From Amoebophrya sp. A120 (Eukaryota > Protista > Dinoflagellata): a stretch of DNA of 64,000 nucleotides. Position numbers and translations under genes: made by a program. The notes beneath the pieces were generated by a model that saw only the letters and a list, made by a program, of their open reading frames with translations, was not told where the DNA came from and made no database searches. This document shows positions 58,401 through 64,000 of the stretch, piece after piece. The stretch spans positions 1,336,513-1,400,512 of the forward strand of contig CAJINV010000015.1 of assembly GCA_905178155.1 (NCBI GenBank), given 5' to 3'. How positions within the stretch are numbered: the first letter of the stretch is position 1; each line of letters starts with the position of its first letter.

Positions 58401-60367
58401 TTTGTCATGCTCCAATCGGCATGATGTGCTAGATCTGTGATGCTGCTGAACTAGCTAAACAGGATTACACTATGAGGCGAAATTTGTCATGCGGACCTCC
58501 GAAAACTGTGGGACTTGTGTTGCAGACTTCCCATCTTGACTATGGTGTGGGGATGTTTTTACATATGATACGCATTGCAAGTTACGCCTGCTGGGGACAC
58601 GCATTTCCTCTGGTGCTGCCAGGCGATATTGCGGAAGACGATTGTGCAAAATTCGCCGGAGTTGGCGCGGCAGTTGGAGGAGTTAGACACCGACACAAGC
58701 GGATATGCATTGCAAAAATGCCTGGGTCTGGAAACCTGTGATGGTAAAATGTGCATGATGAAAACACTTCCGAATGCAGTCCGGCATGACAACTTCCTAA
58801 AACGCTTTCTCATAGGCAATCCGCATGAGAAACTGCGTTTTTGCATGACAAAAGAGCTGCGACTTTTGTTGGTCATGCAATACAGATTTTCTAGCTAGGT
58901 ATGGAAAGCTAGCATTACAAGTTCCAACCTTCCAGACCCAGACACTTTTACTATCCATAGTGGGTCGCTCATGACGAAACAAGTCATCGAAATGCGGGAG
59001 CAACGAATCGCACAAACCGAGTCCACCGCCACGGAATTCGTGGCGAAGAAGAAGGTTTTCGGTCTCGAGCGCTACGACGCCAGGCTCTCCATCGACATCA
59101 TTATCCGCGGTATCCGGAAAGCGCGGGTCCGGCTGAGAAAACGGAAGCACGACCAGTGGCAGGCGGCGCTGCTGCGGTTGTTCACGAATATGGACGGACA
59201 CGTGAAGAAGTGCGGATTGCTCGCTACCCGCACGATGTACAGCAAAACCGCGAACCGCCTACGGTACATCATCCTGCAGGACGCGAAGGTGTTCCAGGGG
59301 ATCCCCACCGCGACGGTGATGGACGCCGTGCTGATGAGCTACGGAATCGACCGCTACAAATCCCTCGAAGACAAAACAGCGAACCCGAAACTGAACCCGT
59401 CCGCGTTGCGAAAATGCCAATCTTTCGTCGGGGGCAACATCAGCCTGTTCTACTTTTACAACTGGCTCGACAAACGGGTGGATCCCCCGCCAGACCCGGG
59501 TTTGCGGCGGATCACCGGGCCGCCACTAGAGGGGCGGGTGAACGCGAGAAGGGGGGACAGCGACGAGCGGAAGGTGCTGGAGACGTTGGACTTCGAAGAC
59601 CCAGACCTGTTATTGTCCGCCGAGCAATACCTGAACCGGTACGACCGGTTTGGTATCCACTGCAAATATGTCTGGGTGTGGAAGAGCGAAAACTTATCAT
59701 GCAGGTTTTCCATGACCCGTGAGGTCTGGAATGCGAGACCTAGCATGACAGACTCAATGAGGTCTTTGTCATGTCTATCCTGCATGAGAAACTCCCTCCC
59801 AACTTGGTTGACAGCGGACAGCTTTTGGCACTCATGCAACACAGATGTCTGCATGATTCGGATTGAGCATGACAAGTTCCAACCTTCCAGACCCAGACAT
59901 ATTTGCAATGCATATTTGGCAGGAGAAGAAGGGCCAGTCACGACGGCAGGAAAAGTCGCGCCGGTGGGCCGAAACACGACGTTATCGAAGTGGATACTAG
60001 CGAGAGATTGGACGCAGGTACTTACTCTTATTAAAAAGACGTTGTTCTTCTTCACATTGGAAATGTTTTGTGATCATGTTTTGTGGTGCTTTTGTACAGC
60101 AATGAATCACATAGAATGTTTGTCATGCAAATCAATATTGATAAAAACACTAACACAGGCCTACGTCGCGGAGGCGCCCATTCCGACGAGGCTTCGAGTA
60201 GCGACTTCTACCAAGACGACAAATACCGAAGAAGACTTATGAGAAGGGATGTTGAACTAGTGCGCAGTAGCATTTCACAGATGCGACCGCCACATCTACA
60301 GGTTGTAGTGTTGCAAAGGCATGAGGCAGTTTTTGAGTACTGCAGCCGGAGGTGGAGCAGCAATTAG
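40497..60367 (+). CDS. Four-repeat voltage-gated Ca2+ channel alpha-1-like module (EEEE filter), many exons
   Basis: S4 segments LRTFRVLRPLRTL, LRGLRLLRVFRLAR, LRLFRTLRPLRMISR and IRMFRIIRLFRLVR; pore loops TLEGW, TGEDW, TTEGW and TGEAW; EF-hand-like LWSEYDP and IQ-like IIIRGIRKAR after repeat IV. The 3' end is approximate. Confidence 0.92.
40906..41315. mobile_element. TIR introner, family A, enlarged by an internal insert/duplication
   Basis: TSD ACCGT/ACGGT; internal GGCAGAGGCTAAATCTGTTCTAACGCCCA twice and a (TAC)n tract. Confidence 0.85.
41376..41636. mobile_element. TIR introner, family C (TATCCTGAGTAAAAAYGTCCCCAC)
   Basis: TSD ACGAC. Confidence 0.85.
41777..42055. mobile_element. TIR introner, family C
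   Basis: TSD TGGCA/TGGCG. Confidence 0.85.
42388..42642. mobile_element. TIR introner, family A
   Basis: TSD TCAAC. Confidence 0.88.
42692..42966. mobile_element. TIR introner, singleton family (TATCCTWCAGAA..GTACACC)
   Basis: TSD CCGGG. Confidence 0.85.
43919..44067. mobile_element. TIR introner, family B
   Basis: TSD CCAGG. Confidence 0.88.
44116..44395. mobile_element. TIR introner, family C
   Basis: TIRs; degenerate TSD GGCTT/GAGTT. Confidence 0.82.
44560..44733. mobile_element. TIR introner, singleton family (TATCACACAGAAAAAAG)
   Basis: TSD CAGGA; removal restores YMVQD|GV after pore I. Confidence 0.88.
44923..45401 (+). other. Canonical GT-AG intron in the channel I-II linker
   Basis: CAG|GTAAGT donor and pyrimidine-rich CACCCAG acceptor. 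Confidence 0.65.
45654..45973. mobile_element. TIR introner, family F (TATCAAAAGGAAAATCCCCCCTCCCCATAT)
   Basis: TSD GGTGA/AGTGA. Confidence 0.88.
46048..46348. mobile_element. TIR introner, family A (degenerate)
   Basis: TSD GGTAA/GCTAA. Confidence 0.8.
46438..46655. mobile_element. TIR introner, singleton family (TATGACAGTGCACAACCCCC)
   Basis: TIR AGTGCACAACCCCCCCT / AGGGGGAGTTGTGCACT; flanking CAGA repeat. Confidence 0.75.
47491..47773. mobile_element. TIR introner, family C
   Basis: Near-perfect TIR; TSD CCCGT/CCTGT. Confidence 0.9.
47818..48076. mobile_element. TIR introner, family A
   Basis: TSD GGACG. Confidence 0.9.
48307..48542. mobile_element. TIR introner, singleton family (TATGGCGTTCTCAA.TGTTACA)
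   Basis: Long TIR; TSD GAAAA. Confidence 0.88.
48668..48979. mobile_element. TIR introner, family F
   Basis: TSD GCAGA. Confidence 0.9.
49250..49380. mobile_element. Degenerate short introner in repeat II S3
   Basis: Removal joins IFDG|FIVL; contains TGTCATGC twice. Confidence 0.65.
50543..50691. mobile_element. Short TIR introner (family B-like)
   Basis: TATGAAGTGCAAAAGTATTT / AAATGCTTTTGCAGTGCCATA. Confidence 0.75.
50792..51178. mobile_element. TIR introner, singleton family (TATGGA..GTCAGAGTTGAAATCG)
   Basis: ~45-bp TIR; TSD AGCTG. Confidence 0.88.
51316..51574. mobile_element. TIR introner, family A
   Basis: TSD CGACG. Confidence 0.88.
51743..51951. mobile_element. TIR introner, singleton family (TATSCAAGAAAAAAACTGTGT)
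   Basis: TSD GGCGC/TGCGC. Confidence 0.85.
52233..52556. mobile_element. TIR introner, family F
   Basis: TSD GAGGA. Confidence 0.9.
53859..54181. mobile_element. TIR introner, family F
   Basis: TSD CTATG. Confidence 0.9.
54244..54505. mobile_element. TIR introner, family A
   Basis: TSD GAGGT. Confidence 0.9.
54846..55107. mobile_element. TIR introner, family A
   Basis: TSD CGGGA/CGTGA. Confidence 0.9.
55151..55461. mobile_element. TIR introner, family F
   Basis: TSD CGTTG; splits the pore III helix AFTL|FQVITTEGW. Confidence 0.9.
55571..55857. mobile_element. TIR introner, family C
   Basis: TSD TGGGT/TAGGT. Confidence 0.82.
55905..56169. mobile_element. TIR introner, family A
   Basis: TSD TTCCT. 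Confidence 0.88.
56884..57145. mobile_element. TIR introner, family A
   Basis: TSD CCTTC. Confidence 0.9.
57258..57407. mobile_element. TIR introner, family H (TATCCACAG.AAAT...CGTAC)
   Basis: TSD TTGGC/TTAGC. Confidence 0.8.
57714..57873. mobile_element. TIR introner, family H
   Basis: TSD ACGAA/ACGAG; similar to 57258-57407. Confidence 0.8.
57959..58236. mobile_element. TIR introner, family C
   Basis: TSD GACAG. Confidence 0.88.
58292..58570. mobile_element. TIR introner, family C
   Basis: Body similar to 57959-58236; degenerate TSD. Confidence 0.85.
58704..58959. mobile_element. TIR introner, family A
   Basis: TIRs; degenerate TSD. Confidence 0.85.
59654..59914. mobile_element. TIR introner, family A
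   Basis: TSD TTTGG. Confidence 0.9.
60018..60158 (+). other. Probable canonical GT-AG intron near the channel 3' end
   Basis: CAG|GTACTT ... CTAACACAG|; AT-rich; keeps the post-introner frame open to 60367. Confidence 0.6.
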
Positions 60368-63300
60368 GGGGTGGGCCCGCAATGAGGGGGGTGGGCCCGC
60401 AATCTGCGGATGCCAAAATTTGATGCAGACCGCATCAGAAACTGCTGATCTGCATCACTTTTCAGGTGATGCAGGGGGGGGTGGGCCCGCAATCTGCGGA
60501 TGCCAAAATTTGATGCTGACCGCATCAGAAACTGCTGATCTGCATCACTTTTCAAGTGATGCAGATAGGGGGGTGGGCCCGCAATCTGGGGATGCCAAAA
60601 TTTGATGCAGACCGCATGGGAAACTGCTGATCTGCATCACTTTTCAGGTGATGCAGGGGAGGGGGGTGGGCCCGCAATCTGCGGATGCCAAAATTTGATG
60701 CAGACCGCATCAGAAACTGCTGATCTGCATCACTTTTCAAGTGATGCAGATAGGGGGGTGGGCCCGCAATCTGGGGATGCCAAAATTTGATGCAGACCGC
60801 ATGGGAAACTGCTGATCTGCATCACTTTTCAGGTGATGCAGGGGAGGGGGGTGGGCCCGCAATCTGCGGATGCCAAAATTTGATGCAGACCGCATCAGAA
60901 ACTGCTGATCTGCATCACTTTTCAAGTGATGCAGATAGGGGGGTGGGCCCGCAATCTGGGGATGCCAAAATTTGATGCAGACCGCATGGGAAACTGCTGA
61001 TCTGCATCACTTTTCAGGTGATGCAGGGGAGGGGGGTGGGCCCGCAATCTGCGGATGCCAAAATTTGATGCAGACCGCATCAGAAACTGCTGATCTGCAT
61101 CACTTTTCAAGTGATGCAGATAGGGGGGTGGGCCCGCAATCTGGGGATGCCAAAATTTGATGCAGACCGCATGGGAAACTGCTGATCTGCATCACTTTTC
61201 AGGTGATGCAGGGGAGGGGGGTGGGCCCGCAATCTGCGGATGCCAAAATTTGATGCAGACCGCATCAGAAACTGCTGATCTGCATCACTTTTCAAGTGAT
61301 GCAGATAGGGGGGTGGGCCCGCAATCTGGGGATGCCAAAATTTGATGCAGACCGCATGGGAAACTGCTGATCTGCATCACTTTTCAGGTGATGCAGGGGA
61401 GGGGGGTGGGCCCGCAATCTGCGGATGCCAAAATTTGATGCAGACCGCATCAGAAACTGCTGATCTGCATCACTTTTCAAGTGATGCAGATAGGGGGGTG
61501 GGCCCGCAATCTGGGGATGCCAAAATTTGATGCAGACCGCATGGGAAACTGCTGATCTGCATCACTTTTCAGGTGATGCAGGGGAGGGGGGTGGGCCCGC
61601 AATCTGCGGATGCCAAAATTTGATGCAGACCGCATCAGAAACTGCTGATCTGCATCACTTTTCAAGTGATGCAGATAGGGGGGTGGGCCCGCAATCTGGG
61701 GATGCCAAAATTTGATGCAGACCGCATGGGAAACTGCTGATCTGCATCACTTTTCAGGTGATGCAGGGGAGGGGGGTGGGCCCGCAATCTGCGGATGCCA
61801 AAATTTGATGCAGACCGCATCAGAAACTGCTGATCTGCATCACTTTTCAAGTGATGCAGATAGGGGGGTGGGCCCGCAATCTGGGGATGCCAAAATTTGA
61901 TGCAGACCGCATGGGAAACTGCTGATCTGCATCACTTTTCAGGTGATGCAGGGGAGGGGGGTGGGCCCGCAATCTGCGGATGCCAAAATTTGATGCAGAC
62001 CGCATCAGAAACTGCTGATCTGCATCACTTTTCAAGTGATGCAGATAGGGGGGTGGGCCCGCAATCTGGGGATGCCAAAATTTGATGCAGACCGCATGGG
62101 AAACTGCTGATCTGCATCACTTTTCAGGTGATGCAGGGGAGGGGGGTGGGCCCGCAATCTGCGGATGCCAAAATTTGATGCAGACCGCATCAGAAACTGC
62201 TGATCTGCATCACTTTTCAAGTGATGCAGATAGGGGGGTGGGCCCGCAATCTGGGGATGCCAAAATTTGATGCAGACCGCATGGGAAACTGCTGATCTGC
62301 ATCACTTTTCAGGTGATGCAGGGGAGGGGGGTGGGCCCGCAATCTGCGGATGCCAAAATTTGATGCAGACCGCATCAGAAACTGCTGATCTGCATCACTT
62401 TTCAAGTGATGCAGATAGGGGGGTGGGCCCGCAATCTGGGGATGCCAAAATTTGATGCAGACCGCATGGGAAACTGCTGATCTGCATCACTTTTCAGGTG
62501 ATGCAGGGGAGGGGGGTGGGCCCGCAATCTGCGGATGCCAAAATTTGATGCAGACCGCATCAGAAACTGCTGATCTGCATCACTTTTCAAGTGATGCAGA
62601 TAGGGGGGTGGGCCCGCAATCTGGGGATGCCAAAATTTGATGCAGACCGCATGGGAAACTGCTGATCTGCATCACTTTTCAGGTGATGCAGGGGAGGGGG
62701 GTGGGCCCGCAATCTGCGGATGCCAAAATTTGATGCAGACCGCATCAGAAACTGCTGATCTGCATCACTTTTCAAGTGATGCAGATAGGGGGGTGGGCCC
62801 GCAATCTGGGGATGCCAAAATTTGATGCAGACCGCATGGGAAACTGCTGATCTGCATCACTTTTCAGGTGATGCAGGGGAGGGGGGTGGGCCCGCAATCT
62901 GCGGATGCCAAAATTTGATGCAGACCGCATCAGAAACTGCTGATCTGCATCACTTTTCAAGTGATGCAGATAGGGGGGTGGGCCCGCAATCTGGGGATGC
63001 CAAAATTTGATGCAGACCGCATGGGAAACTGCTGATCTGCATCACTTTTCAGGTGATGCAGGGGGGGGGGGTGGGCCCGCAATCTGCGGATGCCAAAATT
63101 GGATGCAGACCGCATCAGAAACTGCTGATCTGCGTCACTTTTCAAGTGATGCAGATAGGGGGGTGGGTCCGCAATCTGGGGATGCCAAAATTTGATGCAG
63201 ACCGCATGGGAAACTGCTGATCTGCATTACTTTTCAGGTGATGCAGGGCAGGGGGGTGGGCCCGCAATCTGCGGATGCCAAAATTTGATGCAGACAGCAT

Positions 63301-64000
63301 CAGAAACTGCTGATCTGCATCACTTTTCAGGTGATGCAGGGGGGGTTGGGCCCGCAATCTGCTGATGCCAAAATTTGATGCTGACCGCATCAGAAACTGC
63401 TGATCTGCATCACTTTTCAAGTTTTGACTTGATGCAGCCAGGTCCGTAGCCTACGGCCGTAGGCTACGGAAATGGCACCAAGACTTGATGCAGACAGCAC
63501 GGTATGCTGCTGATCTGCATCAAGTTTTGACTTGATGCAGCCGGGTCCGTAGGCTACGGGCCGTAGCCTACGGCCNNNNNNNNNNNNNNNNNNNNNNNNN
63601 NNNNNNNNNNNNNNNNNNNNNNNNNNNNNNNNNNNNNNNNNNNNNNNNNNNNNNNNNNNNNNNNNNNNNNGGGGGGGGGGTGGGCCCGCAATCTGCGGAT
63701 GCCAAAATTGGATGCAGACCGCATCAGAAACTGCTGATCTGCGTCACTTTTCAAGTGATGCAGATAGGGGGGTGGGTCCGCAATCTGGGGATGCCAAAAT
63801 TTGATGCAGACCGCATGGGAAACTGCTGATCTGCATTACTTTTCAGGTGATGCAGGGCAGGGGGGTGGGCCCGCAATCTGCGGATGCCAAAATTTGATGC
63901 AGACCGCATCAGAAACTGCTGATCTGCGTCACTTTTCAAGTGATGCAGATAGGGGGGTGGGTCCGCAATCTGGGGATGCCAAAATTTGATGCAGACCGCA
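60365..64000. repeat. 185-bp tandem satellite (dimer of ~92-bp subunits), spanning an assembly gap at 63576-63670
   Basis: Identical ORFs recur every 185 bp; unit GGGGGTGGGCCCGCAATCTG(C/G)GGATGCCAAAATTTGATGCAGACCGCAT...TGCATCACTTTTCA(A/G)GTGATGCA. Confidence 0.97.

Noticed and set aside
102-59914. Recurrent short ORF peptides such as MQICLGLE, AKMSGSG, FQTQTFL and PDPDIFA
   Set aside because: They are translations of the family A TIR in different frames, not a protein family.
58971-60242. 423-aa ORF taken as the true channel C-terminus
   Set aside because: It reads through the introner at 59654-59914; removing the element plus TSD (266 bp) shifts to the frame ending at 60367.
60321-63989. 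Array of identical 62-aa ORFs on both strands; possible CRISPR-like array
   Set aside because: A product of the 185-bp satellite; there are no unique spacers, no cas genes, and the context is eukaryotic.

Overview
Eukaryotic (alveolate-like) genomic DNA. The dense TIR-bounded, non-GT-AG inserts in exons resemble the inverted-repeat introners described in the parasitic dinoflagellate Amoebophrya; the taxon is an inference. Layout: (1) 1-~8.3 kb, two minus-strand genes, a FAM13-like gene and a STRIP1/Far11-like gene. (2) 8.3-28.9 kb, a divergent strand-switch region holding two related, complete tyrosine-recombinase (YR) retrotransposons head-to-head (10054-18072 minus, 18253-26086 plus). Both have the order YR - spliced CCCH gag-like - RT/RNase H, split direct repeats arranged A1..B1A2..ORFs..B2, and three position-conserved spliceosomal introns in the gag-like gene. 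(3) 28987-34536, a large low-complexity plus-strand gene. (4) 36748-~60367, an ion-channel gene in which, after introner removal, a 6TM Kv-type K+ channel runs in frame into a four-repeat EEEE Cav-type channel, giving a predicted five-repeat K+/Ca2+ channel fusion. (5) 60365-64000, a 185-bp satellite. About 50 introner-like elements from several TIR families (mostly TAT...ATA ends and 5-bp target duplications, with a shared internal GCATGACA/GCATCACA motif) interrupt the host coding sequences. All coordinates were read by eye.
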